DNA of 64,000 bases from Octopus bimaculoides (lineage: Eukaryota): positions 36,566,374 through 36,630,373 of the forward strand of contig NC_068989.1 of the NCBI RefSeq assembly GCF_001194135.2, given 5' to 3'. Within the stretch, counting starts at the first letter, position 1. Each line of letters begins with the position of its first letter. The position numbers were made by a program, and so were the translations under genes. Below, piece by piece: positions 1-12,261 of this stretch. The notes under the pieces are model-generated. The model was not told where the DNA came from, ran no database searches, and saw only the letters and a program-made list of their open reading frames with translations.

Positions 1-795
1 AGAATGGATGAGGATAGCTGTGTGAAAAAGTGCCACACCCTAGCGGTTGAGGGAACCTGTAGAAGAGGTAGACCCAGGAAGACCTGGGATAAGGTGGTGA
101 AGCACGACCTTCAAAAATTAGGCCTCACCGAGGCAATGACTAGTGACCGAGACCTTTGGAAATATGCTGTGCTTGAGAAGACCTGGCAAGCCAAGTGAGA
201 CCATAACCCGTGGCCTATGCCAGGGTGTAACCAGCCCACTTATGCGTACCTTTCCTTCATTGGACACTAAACTCTGCTTGTGAAGACCTGTTGAGGCAAG
301 TGAAATCGAAATCAAAATTCAAATTCGATGACTGGCATCCATGCTAGTGGAGCGCTAAGAGTACCATCCAAGTGTGATCGTTGCCAGAGCAGCTAACTGG
401 TTTCCATGCCAGTGGTACATAAAAAGCACCATTCGAGCATGGTCATTACCAGCGTTGCCTTACTGGCACTTGTACCGGTGGCACATGAAAAAAATATTCA
501 AGTGAGGTCATTGCCAGTGCCACTGGACTGACTCCTGTGCAGGTGGCACATAAAAAACATCATTTGAGCATGGCCATTGCCAGTACCGCCTGACTGGCCT
601 TCGTGCTGGTGGCATGTAAAAGCACCCACTACACTCTCGGAGTGGTTGGCGTTAAGAAGGGCATCCAGCTGTAGAAACTCTGCCAGATTGGATTGTAGCC
701 TGGTGCAGCCATCTGGTTCGCCAGTTCTCAGTCAAATCATCCAACCCATGCCAGCATGGAAAGCAGATGTTAAACAATGATGATGATGATGATGA
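1..795 (+). mobile_element. RTE-clade LINE 3' end (ORF C-terminus, 3' UTR, (GAT)n tail)
   Basis: ...VEGTCRRGRPRKTWDKVVKHDL...DRDLWKYAV; UTR with about 60-bp internal repeats; ends ttaaacaatgatgatgatg. Confidence 0.85.
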
Positions 796-846
796 TACAA
801 ATATATAAAAACACTATGCTCATTATTATATTAGGAGATATATATA

Positions 847-1361
847 NNNNNNNNNNNNNNNNNNNNNNNNNNNNNNNNNNNNNNNNNNNNNNNNNNNNNN
901 NNNNNNNNNNNNNNNNNNNNNNNNNNNNNNNNNNNNNNNNNNNNNNNNNNNNNNNNNNNNNNNNNNNNNNNNNNNNNNNNNNNNNNNNNNNNNNNNNNNN
1001 NNNNNNNNNNNNNNNNNNNNNNNNNNNNNNNNNNNNNNNNNNNNNNNNNNNNNNNNNNNNNNNNNNNNNNNNNNNNNNNNNNNNNNNNNNNNNNNNNNNN
1101 NNNNNNNNNNNNNNNNNNNNNNNNNNNNNNNNNNNNNNNNNNNNNNNNNNNNNNNNNNNNNNNNNNNNNNNNNNNNNNNNNNNNNNNNNNNNNNNNNNNN
1201 NNNNNNNNNNNNNNNNNNNNNNNNNNNNNNNNNNNNNNNNNNNNNNNNNNNNNNNNNNNNNNNNNNNNNNNNNNNNNNNNNNNNNNNNNNNNNNNNNNNN
1301 NNNNNNNNNNNNNNNNNNNNNNNNNNNNNNNNNNNNNNNNNNNNNNNNNNNNNNNNNNNNN
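847..1361. other. Assembly gap (others at 8616-8795, 27237-27521, 53404-53494, 54647-54656, 61084-61093)
   Basis: N runs, each flanked by microsatellite or homopolymer sequence. Confidence 1.
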
Positions 1362-1394
<33 letters not shown>

Positions 1395-1541
1395 GGGAAA
1401 ATCAAAACCAAGGCAGACGGAACCCTAACATATATACTTAATATATATCCACTAATATAACATATACCTGCTATAACAGAACCCTAACACAGATCCCTAG
1501 ATCCAGCCTTAGCTGTGATCTTGGAACTTTATGGTCAACCA

Positions 1542-1583
<42 letters not shown>

Positions 1584-1584
<1 letters not shown>

Positions 1585-1747
1585 ATCAAAATAAGCAACA
1601 GGATATCGAGTAGTGATGCAGAATGACCATTTCAAGCGGCTCCATTTGACTAAACAATGTAATGATGATTGCATTTTTCATTTAAATAGAGCCACTTGAA
1701 ACAGTCGTACTGCATCACTACTTGATATCCTGTTACTTATCCTGATT
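1584..1747. repeat. Fold-back element (about 60-bp arms)
   Basis: ataagcaacaggatatcgagtagtgatgcag mirrored by ctgcatcactacttgatatcctgttacttat. Confidence 0.85.
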
Positions 1748-1852
1748 TTATTCATCTTACTTTGAGCTGTGCGGATAATACCGGACTGACTTGGTGCTTC
1801 AGCTTAAGTACCTAATTCAACTGAGTCTTAATTATATATGTATAAATATATA

Positions 1853-1902
<50 letters not shown>

Positions 1903-2573
1903 CATACACACATATATATATATGTTTTTATTCTCTTATTCTTTTACTTGTTTCAGTCATTTGATTGCAACCATGCTGGATCACTGCCTTAAAGAGTTTT
2001 TTAGTTGAGCAAATCAACCCCAGGACCTATTCCTTGTAAGCCTAGTACTTACTCTATCAGGGTGTTAAAAAACACCTACATTGATAGAAATGCAAGCTAA
2101 AATGCTCTAATGCTGTAGTCAAGGTACATAAATGTAAACATATACAGGGACTTGAATCGTCCGAAAAATGCCAATTGAGAATTCTTAATTTTGACATCAG
2201 TTAAGCCCACTCAATCCCAGCTTTCTTCAGCTTGCTTCTCTACTACACTTTCCCTCTTTTACTCATTTCAGCCATGTAGCTGCAGTCATGTTGGAGCACA
2301 ACTGTGGAATACTAGTATATATGTTTTCATCTTCCAAATTAATGGATGATTTAGTGATTCGCAAATGTGCATACATAAAATTAATATAAACAGTAGGTTA
2401 CCATGTTTCACCAAAAAGGAGACTTATAATTGTCGCTAAATGCGACTAGGGTGTTAAGAAACACCTACATTGCTAGAAATACAAGCTAAAATGCTCTAAT
2501 GCTGTAGTTAGCACACATGAATGAAAACATATATACACTAAAAAGGACCTGAATTATTCAAAGAATGCCGATC

Positions 2574-2634
2574 GTGAATTCTTAATATTGACGTCAGTTT
2601 TGGCAATTTCCATTGCCTCATCAGTTAAGCCCAC
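2574..2634 (-). ncRNA. Hammerhead ribozyme motif, G12 mutated to A
   Basis: Minus strand: GTGGGCTTAA-CTGATGA-GGCAAT ggaa ATTGCC-AAAAC-TGAC-GTC-aata-TTAAGaaTTCAC. Confidence 0.6.
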
Positions 2635-2787
2635 TTGAACTCAGCTTTCTTTGGCTTGCTTCTCAATTAGCATATATATGTGTGCGTGTATGTGTGTATA
2701 TATATATCTATATATATATATACGTATGTATATATATATGTATGTATGTATGTATGTATGCATGTATGTATGTATGTATGTATGTAT

Positions 2788-4460
2788 ATCATCATCATCA
2801 TCATCATTTACTATCCATTTTCCATGCTAGCATAAGTTGGACAGTTTGACTGGAGCTGGTACAGTCAGGGGCCACACCAGGTTCCATTTTCTGTTCTGGA
2901 TGCCCTTCCTAATGCCCACCACTCCATAGAGTGTACTGGGTGTTTTTAATGCAGAACCAGCATGAATGCTTTTAATGAGGCACCAGCACTGGTACCAATT
3001 CTGCAGTTGTGGACAGGTCTTCCGGAGTACAGCAAGGTGCCAGAAATCTCAATCCTTAGTCATCTCCTTCTTGAGCTTTAGGGTCCTGTGATCAGCCTTC
3101 AGTATTTCATCCCATGTCTTCTTGGGTCTCCCTCTTCCACAAGTTCCATCCACTTTAAATGATCAGCACTTCTGTGTGCAACTGTCTACATCAATATGCA
3201 TCAGATGACAAAACCAACACAGTCTTCTCTCTCGCATACTGCATCTAATTATTCATATGCCCACTTTTCCCTCAAAACACTATTGTACTGTCACACATGT
3301 ATGTATGCTGACATTGCACATCCAGAAGAGCATACTTACTTCATTTCTCTCTTTCCTTTGCATATCTTCTGCATTCAGTGCCCACATCTCACTACCACAT
3401 AGCATTGCTGTTCATATAAATGCATCATACAATCTTCCTTTCACACGGAGAGAGAGAGCTTTGGTTGCCAACAGGGATGAAAGCTCTCTGAATTTTCTCC
3501 ATCCTATTTTTATTCTAGCAGTTATACTTTCCATGCCTCCTCCCCACAGCTAATTAGGTCCTCTAGATAGCAGAAATTATCCATGACCTCCAAAGAGTCT
3601 CCAGGGCATTTAAGAAAATTGATTTCCCAAGAATCAGTAGTATTTATGGCTTCCGTGCATCTTCCACATACAAACATTACCTTCTCTGGTAACCTTCCCA
3701 TTGTTCCACTGCTCCACTTGTGTGTCCATAGCTTGCACTAGGTACAGTGTATGGAATTACTGTCTACACCTTTACTACATATCAAGTAGGGCCATTTACC
3801 TGATAGAGGAAGGGTTCTGTCTGTTTTATTAATCTTTGTTAAGTTAATTTTAAGGCCCTTTGATTCCAGATTTTGCTGCCATACCTGGAATTTCTTTTCT
3901 AGTTCTGTCACAAAATCTGCTTCAAGAGCAAGATCATCAGTATATAACAGTTCCCAGGGGCAGCCAGTCTTAAATTCCTCTGTTATGGCCAGGAGGACGA
4001 TAATAAATAGGAGGGGAATGAGAACCAAACCCTGATGAACACCTACCTGTACCCTAAATTCATCATTGTACTCATAGTTAATTCTCAGTGTCTCTATACA
4101 TGACTTGTATGGCTTTCACAAGCTACTCATCTACCCCTAACTTCCTCAGAGCCCACCATATCACACAGCAGGGTATTCTGTCAAAAGCTTTCTCTAAGTC
4201 AACAAATGCCAAGTACAATGGTTCACTCTTAGCCAAATATCTCTCCTGTAGTTGTCTGACTATGAAGATAGCATCAGTAGTGCTTCTTCCTGGCACAAAG
4301 CCAAACTGCATTTCACCTAAGCTAATTCTGCTCCTAATTAACTGGGTTATAACTCTTTCTGTCATTTTCATGACCTGGTCCAGCAACATGATGTCTCTGC
4401 AATTACTTCTATCTAAGACATCTCCTTTACCCTTGTAATGCTGCTACACCAGTCATTGGG
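2788..4460 (-). mobile_element. 5'-truncated, decayed RTE-clade LINE
   Basis: RT motifs QFGFVPGRSTTDAIFIVRQLQE...LAFVDLEKAFDRIP and CPWELLYTDDL; 3' UTR and (CAT)n tail at 2788. Confidence 0.9.
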
Positions 4461-4929
4461 GATGACAGTCTCCTGATTAACCTGATTAACTATTCAGATG
4501 ACTAGGTTGCATCTAACTCTGCCACATAGTTTAAGCATCTCAGCAGTGACTCCTGATGGGCCAGGGTTTTCCCTGTTTTCATATCCTTCATTGCCTTATC
4601 TGTTATACAGCTGTCAACTCGAGTAGCTGGTCTCTCTGTTGGGTTCACATAGAGAAGGCTATCTTTCTCCTGTTCATTCTCCATATTTAATAACCATATA
4701 CATAACAGGCTTCTCTCAGTTTCCATCCACCAAATCCACTCACAAGGCTTTGGTTGGCCCAGGACTATAGTAGAAGACACTTGTCCACGATGACACATAG
4801 TGGGACTGAACGAAGAACCATGTGGTTGAGAAGCAAACTGCTTACTGTTTATAGATATATATTCCATTATTGCTAGGTATATTATAGGTAAGAGGGTAAG
4901 TATGAATGAGGTGAAGATAGAATACTGAG

Positions 4930-6050
4930 GGGGAATTAGGGAGTATCATGACTGAATTCATTCATTCGAGAAACACTGAATGAAGGAATGGAATGAGGAA
5001 GAGAGGGGAGAAAGAAGAGGAGGAGGACAATAATGACATAAGGATGATAGTGTTGGTGAGGAGAGTGGTAATGTTGACAATGATGTTGCTGCTGCCGCTG
5101 CTGCTGCTGTTGATGATGATGATGATGGCAACGACGAGGGTGGTAGTGGTGGTGACTAGCAGAAGAAGGCGGAGGAGGAGGAATATAACGATGATGATGA
5201 TGATAAAGAAGTAGAGATACTTTTGACAATGGTGACAGTGAAGATGACAGTGATGATGATGGTGATGAGAAAGAAGAGAAAGATATTGAATACTGATGAT
5301 AGTCGTATAACAATAATGATGATGGCAATGACCAAAGAGGAAAAGCAAGCTGTCGATAATGATGATGATGATGATGATGGTGTTCCAGATAACAATGGTG
5401 ATGTCATAATTACCAAATTAATTATTGCTGTAATCAACGCCAATAGCCTACATGCTTGGTATCTGATTACATAGGCAGCGAGGGAAAGGTGAAATACCAT
5501 TAGCCTATTTATTAATGAACATGATTATGATGATGATGATCATCGTCATTGCCATGAGCATTCTCCACTTTCTCATTATTTTCGTCATCACTGCCCCATC
5601 ATCATCGTCAGCATCGTCGTTGTCGTATTCGTCGTCATCGTTGTCATCATCACTGTCATCATTTTCATTATCACAATCAACTTCATCCTCATTGTCATCA
5701 GTATCGCCTCCTCCTTCTCCTCCTCCCCCTCCTCCTCCTCCTCATCATCATCACCCTTGCCATCAGTATTTCTTCTTATCTCCTCATCTTCATCATCATT
5801 ATTATTATCATGATGATGACTGTCTTGTCATCAATATCTCCTTATCATCACCATCATCTTCACTATCACCATCATCAACGATCACAATTGTCATCAGCAT
5901 CTTCTCCTCCTTCTCATCATCATCATCACTATCATTGACATTGCCATTATGATTCTGACTACCACTATCCTCCTTCGCCTCCTCCTCCTCCTCCTGCTCC
6001 TCCTCATCATCATCATCATTCTCTTTCCCCCTCCTCCTTTTCCTCATCGT
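4930..6050. repeat. Imperfect trinucleotide low-complexity tract (GAT/GAG, then CAT/CTC)
   Basis: Visible directly; source of spurious poly-S/H/E/M ORFs. Confidence 0.9.
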
Positions 6051-6349
6051 TCATTGTGTCTAATTACAAGTGTTTCTATTTTTGCTCATTTCCTCCATAA
6101 ATGACCAGCTTTCCTACAAATCAAGCTAAACAATATTTCTTTGAGCATGTGTTCTTCTGCTGTTACCATGGTTACTCTAGGCACTGTATATACAGACAGT
6201 CCATTCTTCATTGTCAAGTCTCTTCATGTATGTATACATACCTGGATGTTCTTGAGCCACTCAACTTGTTAGAAATCACCATTAAATCTTCCTCAGAGTA
6301 CACCCTGTGTTAAAACAGAAAGAACACATTGGATAATGTAGTCCACAAG

Positions 6350-6741
6350 GCACAGGTGTTGCTGTGTGTTAAGAAACTTGCTTCCCAAAAGGTGGTGAGC
6401 TGGCAGAAACGTTAGCATGCTGGGTGAAATGCTTAGCGGTATTTCATGTTTTTACGTTCTGAGTTCAAATTCCACCGAAGTCGACTTTGCCTTTCGTCCT
6501 TGCTGGGTCGATAAATTAAATACCACTTACGCACTGGGGTCGATGTAATCAACTTAATCCCTTTGTCTGTCCTTGTTTGTCCCCTCTATGTTTAGCCCCT
6601 TGTGGGCAATGAAGAAATAAGAAATTGGAAACTTGCTTCCCAGCCACATGGTTCTGGGTTCAGTCCACTGCCTGGTACTGTGGGCAAGTGTTTTCTACTA
6701 TAGCCTCAAATCAACCAAAGCCTTGTAGATGGAAGAAGCCC

Positions 6742-6799
<58 letters not shown>

Positions 6800-7040
6800 T
6801 GTGTGTGTGTATGGACATATGTATGGATCTTTGTGTTTGTCCCAGACCACCAGTTAACAATTGGTGTTGGTGTGTTTGCATCCCCGTAACTTAGCAGTTC
6901 AGCAAAAGAGACCAATACAATAAGAACCAGGCTTTAAAAAAAAAAGAACATTGGTACTGGGGTTGATTCTTCAGACTAAAATTCTTCAAGATAGTATCCC
7001 AGTATGGCCACAGTCTAATAACTGAAACAAGTAAAAGATA
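6350..7040 (+). mobile_element. SINE family A (tRNA-like head, central (GT)n), interrupted by a family B SINE
   Basis: Head gctgtgtgttaagaaacttgcttccca...ggttcagtccactg; tail ccagtatggccacagtctaataactgaaacaagtaaaaga. More than 20 related copies or fragments in the window. Confidence 0.8.
6388..6627 (+). mobile_element. SINE family B with 15-bp target-site duplication
   Basis: GAAACTTGCTTCCCA at 6373-6387 and 6628-6642; head ggtgagctggcagaaacgttagc. Confidence 0.85.
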
Positions 7041-7505
7041 AAAGATATAAAGATATACAACCTGACAAAAATATAAAAATATCCAGAATTTCCTCTGGTT
7101 GATTTTATAATTTACCATTCCATACTTAATTTAGCTTGGATACAAGATATCTCCCTTTAAAAAAAATCAGTATTTCAGGTTAACATCATCATCATCACCG
7201 TTTTAATGTCCACTTTGCCATGCTTGCATGAGTCAGACAGAATTTGTTGAGGTAGATTTTCTATGGCTGGATTCTCTTCCTGTTGCCAACCCTCATCTGT
7301 TTCCAAGCAAGCTAATATTTCTCCTTGGCCAGACATGTTTGTCTTGGAAATCTAGAAATAAACGTTATTTCTTATATAATGGTGAAATTCATTTATGATC
7401 ATATGATGTCAAGACAAGGATAGACTCAAACATACACACACAAACACAGACACACACACACACACAGACACACACACACACACATATATGTAGAGACACA
7501 CTTAC

Positions 7506-7571
<66 letters not shown>

Positions 7572-7805
7572 CAAATTTTGGACTATTGCCAATATCCACA
7601 GCTTTGTGTACCGCGTTAGGTTGTGTGAGCTTTTCCGCAACACTCCACCTGCATCTAATGAGGCAGACTGCTTCACCAGCCTGGGCCATCAACCATCCCA
7701 GTGAATGCCAGCTCCTGGCTAGTTCTAAGCAGTCTATCTTTTTACAGGCGCCTGCCAGTGTGCTGTGGACTGGTTTGACTTTCCCAAGCGTCTCCAACAT
7801 CTGAA

Positions 7806-8584
7806 CATCACCCCAGCCGAACTCTCAGCTCTTTGATGTCTCCGACACCGCATGGACATCATCATAAACCCGGCCGACGAGGGTGGAGCCATGGTGGTGT
7901 GGTGCGCGGACCTCTACAAGGCAGAAGCTCTCTGCCAACTTCAAGGCACCTCCTTCTACTGCCCTCTGCCTTCCAACCCCATACCCAGCTACCAACAGAC
8001 TGTGTCCTCTACTGTCCATGACCTCATCTCCTTTCCCATCTCCCCCTACCACCTCTAACCTCATTGTCTGCATCCCTAACTCTCCCACAATTTACTTCCT
8101 CCCCAAAATCCACAAACCTAACAACCCTGGCCGCCCATTGTCTCCACCTGCAACTGCCCCACCGAAATCATCTCCAGGTAACTTGACCATGTCCTTACCC
8201 TACTAGTGGCTTTCCTCCCCTCCCACATCCCTATCACCAACCATGCTCTTCGTTTGTTCAACTCTTTCTCCTTCCCTCCTGGCCCCTCTAAACTTCTCTT
8301 CCCTCTTGACATCAAAGGGTCTATATACAGTGATCCCTCAACATGAGGGGCTGCTTGCACTCCAACATTTCCTTGACCTTCGACCCAAACCCCAACCTGA
8401 CACATCCACACTCCTTTGTCTGGCCAAACTTGTCATCTCACTTAACAGCTTCTCGTTCACAGGTGATTTTTACCAGTAGTTCTCAGGAGTGGCCATGGGA
8501 ACAAGAATGGGTCCCAACTATGCAAACTTGTTCGTTAGCTACATTGAGGCCTAAATATTCTCAAGTTTCACTGGTCCCACTGCT

Positions 8585-8585
<1 letters not shown>
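7806..8585 (+). mobile_element. Penelope-like element, RT fragment
   Basis: DIIINPADEGGAMVVW, YFLPKIHKPNNPGRP, LDIKGLYTVIP, GVAMGTRMGPNYANLF, with frameshifts. Confidence 0.9.
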
Positions 8586-8615
<30 letters not shown>

Positions 8616-8848
8616 NNNNNNNNNNNNNNNNNNNNNNNNNNNNNNNNNNNNNNNNNNNNNNNNNNNNNNNNNNNNNNNNNNNNNNNNNNNNNNNNNNNNN
8701 NNNNNNNNNNNNNNNNNNNNNNNNNNNNNNNNNNNNNNNNNNNNNNNNNNNNNNNNNNNNNNNNNNNNNNNNNNNNNNNNNNNNNNNNNNNNNNNTATAT
8801 ATATAGGTATGGTCATAAATATTATGATATGTATCCCTTTTCCTCAGA

Positions 8849-9190
8849 GAGGAAAGAAGACATTAGGAGTAGTCAATTGGATATAGAGTAACTGTCTATA
8901 TACATATATATATATGCCTATATATAAATATATATGTATATATACATATATATACACACACATATATATGTATATGTCTATACATATATTTATATATGTG
9001 TATATATATATATATATGTATATATATAAATATATGTATATGTATTTATGTATATATGTATATATACATATATATGTATGCATATATATATGTATATATG
9101 CATTTATATATATATATGTATATATACATATATATAAGTATTGACAGTTACACTATATCCAATTGACTGCACCTAATATCTTCTTTTCTC
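8849..9190. repeat. Fold-back element with (TA/CA)n core
   Basis: 48-bp arms (ttaggagtagtcaattggatatagagtaactgtc / gacagttacactatatccaattgactgcacctaa) around about 245 bp of microsatellite. Confidence 0.85.
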
Positions 9191-9274
9191 CTTGAGGTGT
9201 GCAGCAGCATCTGATTACCTGGTTGGTCACGTGATATAACAAAAAATACATATAAAGAATATCATATCTTTATT

Positions 9275-9530
9275 TTAGATCTCATCATATAAATCCAACA
9301 ATTGTTCAGCCGATAATGGATTATAAGGTGGAATCTTTTGGGATGTAAAAATTTGTTTGATATCAGTAAGATCTGTATCAAAAAGACCATCACTCTTACT
9401 ATTCTTTTCGAAGTAGTATGCATGCCACCTCTTATGATAAATAAGTGAATTAGTCTTACTAATTAAATTCTTCATATATTCTTTTGTGATAAAATTTTTC
9501 TCCATATCAAAGATAATCTACCGTAAGCAC
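9275..9530 (-). mobile_element. Penelope-like element, N-terminal ORF fragment (different family)
   Basis: KEYMKNLISKTNSLIYHKRWHAYYF...FTSQKIPP resembles the YLKKLIEKVE..IKRMRWKA.FF...FKS.K.PP N-terminus I recall from invertebrate PLEs. Confidence 0.5.
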
Positions 9531-10789
9531 TCCAAACAAAGAGAATGATAGAGTATATATAATTAGAAGAAAAAATAGGATTTAAAAATCCTGGCAGATA
9601 TCAGCAAAGCACCCAGTATTAAAGGAATTTGCTTAAATTCTGCAAAAGGATAGCTGGATTTACCTGTCATGCATGAGGATTTACCTGGGATATGTTTTCT
9701 ACTTACATTTACTGATATCTGATTGTTGAACATTTAACCAAATTCTTTAATTGGCCTGAAGCTATAGTTGAAGACCTTGGGTGAGGTTCCATACAGTAGG
9801 AATGAACTCAAAACTATATGGTTGCAAACTGAACTTCTTAACCACACAGCCATGGCTGCACCTACGTATTTGTAGCTATGTATAAAAATATACAGATGTG
9901 TAGTGTTATATACACACAGCACTTTACAGTTATTTACATTGAATCACTGCCAATCCAAGTATGTGGTTAGCCAATATGTACAAATATGTATCATTGGGAA
10001 AATTCTTGTATTTGGATGAATATGTGTGCTGTGTTTGTGACAAGCAGGTAGCTAGATTAAATAGTAATTGTGATGTCAAAATGGTGATAGTAAAGGTGAA
10101 GAAAGACATGTCCATCATGCTGTTATAGTGATGGTAGTGGAGGCAGTAAGTTACTCAACACAAAAGGGTAAATGCAAAGTGGGTTGCCAACTGCCTGAAT
10201 GAATACTGTCTCTACATATGTCTGATATTTGAAGCTAGGAAATGAATTACATAGACAGATGTCACCAAAGGTCAAGTTAAACTAAGTTTCCTGTCTCCAA
10301 TATAGATAGAAAGTTGATAAGGAGAACAATCTGAAAATGAGCCAAGATTTACTGACAATGAATTGTAAGTTTGTCAGATTAAATCTCAAAGTATCCATCT
10401 ATAACTGACTTCTTTTAGAAACTTATGAAGTATACTACAAAATCTAGGATCAATAAGATTACACAATACACTGTTACATGAATAAAGTCAATTGGTAATT
10501 TTTATTTTTACGTAATAACTAATTTCCTTTATATAATCAATTTCAGTAGATATAAAAGTAGTTATATTCATAATTACTTAATTGCATAATTGAAATATTG
10601 ATTTTTAATATAGGCACAAGACTACACATTTGGGGAGGGCTTAGTTGATTACATTAACCCCCACCTACTTAACTGGTGCTTATTTTATTGACTCTGAAAC
10701 AACATTCTAAATATTACTGCTCTAATGTGTCAGAGTGTGCTTCTTTTCGGATGTGTGTGTATGTGTTTGTGTGTGCATGGGTGCATGTG

Positions 10790-11080
10790 AGCGTGTGTTG
10801 CTGAGACCCCACTTTGGTCATGATTGACCATAGGTTTGCACCTAGAAAGTTACCCTTCCAGGCACAAGTCCGGGCAAGGTTGTTTTATGGAAGACCAGTA
10901 GTTGCCCATGCATACCGGCCTCCCCTCTCCACACCACCAGTGTTATCGAAGGGAAAGGCAAAGGCCGATACAGCTTGGCACCTGTGACGTCACAACTCAT
11001 TTCTACAACTGAGTGAACTGGAGCAGCGTGAAATAAAGTGCCTTGCTCAAGAACACAACACGCAGCCCGGTCCACATGTG
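10790..11080 (-). mobile_element. SINE with a conserved central-domain-like segment
   Basis: Minus strand GTGTTCTTGAGCAAGGCACTTTATTTCACGCTGCTCCAGTTCACTCAGTTGTAGAAATGAGT resembles central domains of metazoan SINE superfamilies (from memory). Confidence 0.55.
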
Positions 11081-11084
11081 TGCC

Positions 11085-11402
11085 ATTTTTCATGCAAATG
11101 CACCTAGCCATTTGGCTGTGAACCTCAAGACAAGAAAGAATATAATGATCACCCATGCCCAATTTATATTATAGACTAAGGCATATCTAAAAACCAGGGT
11201 TTTAAAAAAAGTTTTAATTGATTTTCTCAGTAACTATGGGGGCTAGGAAAAAAATACAAATGGCAGCGCAATCTATGGACCTGTCTTCACCTGTGTGCCA
11301 TTTTTCATGCGAATCCATCCAGCTGTTTAGCTGTGAACCTCAGGACAAGAAAGAATGACTACAAGACTACAACGATCACCCATGTCTAATTTATATAATA
11401 GA
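11085..11402 (-). repeat. Two tandem copies of a Helitron/Helentron-like terminus
   Basis: About 95-bp duplicated unit ending tttatat(t/a)atag. A similar ATCTAATATAATAAA-type end lies at about 37150-37216. Confidence 0.35.
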
Positions 11403-12042
11403 TATATAATTCACACTGTAGGTAACATCAGTTCTAGAGAGTTAACTGTATTTTCTTTGGTGGTCAGTGCAAAGTTCAGTTCTTCACACTGGAAAAGTTA
11501 CCTGCATGAGACTCCCATCAAAGAAGACATTTGTTTCTCATCTTAATGTTATGGAAGTCTAAGTTGATTTTTGTGTTCTAGGGTGATTGTTAAAACTGCA
11601 TTTATTGATATCTTTTCTTTGTTTTAAATACCCTCATCTATATAATGGTTAAGGCTGGTCTTATTAACCAGGATTAGTTGAGCCTGAATGCTTGGCATGA
11701 ATCAAAATGAATGCCCATTAAAAAAAAAGAAATACATAGAAATAATTAATAATGGTGTTGTTACAACCATTTTCTTATAACTAGTAGTACTGTCACAACC
11801 ATATTCTTGTAAATAGTATAACAATATTGCTTTATTTATAAACAGTGCCAGTATAATTGTCGTCATGGTGTTGTTTATCAATTGTTAGTATGAGATGATG
11901 AAATTGTATCTATCAATGTCTTTTGTTTCAAAGACTAGCCATATACATCCTTGTCAGTATAATGGTTAGGATTGGTAGAGTTAATGTGGATTTGTGGAGC
12001 CTGACTGTCTGGTATGAATTAAATTGAAAGCATTTTTATTAA

Positions 12043-12261
12043 CCCTTTAGCATTTAAACTGGCCATATCATCCCAAATATTCTGGCTGCTTTATGTTCAA
12101 ACTGGCCAGATCTGGCTTCTCACACCTACCCAACATTGTTATTGTGAAAATAAACAATCACATCATCAAAATCTCACAGCTATGAAATAACGCATGATTA
12201 ATTTTAAAAAATTTGAATAAATAAGCATCACATTTGACAGAGTAATCTGAATGCTAAAGGG
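12043..12261. mobile_element. piggyBac-type MITE
   Basis: TTAA|CCCTTTAGCATT...AATGCTAAAGGG|TTAA; partial copy at about 22920-23015. Confidence 0.8.

Noticed and set aside
4936-6047. Long His/Ser/Glu/Met-rich ORFs
   Set aside because: Artefacts of trinucleotide low-complexity sequence, open on both strands.
6242-6304. Minus-strand exon-like segment with strong splice sites (VYSEEDLMVISNKLSGSRTS)
   Set aside because: It overlaps a dispersed repeat (related pieces at about 28480-28570 and 30620-30710), no flanking exons were found, and I recognise no protein. Exonisation is not excluded.
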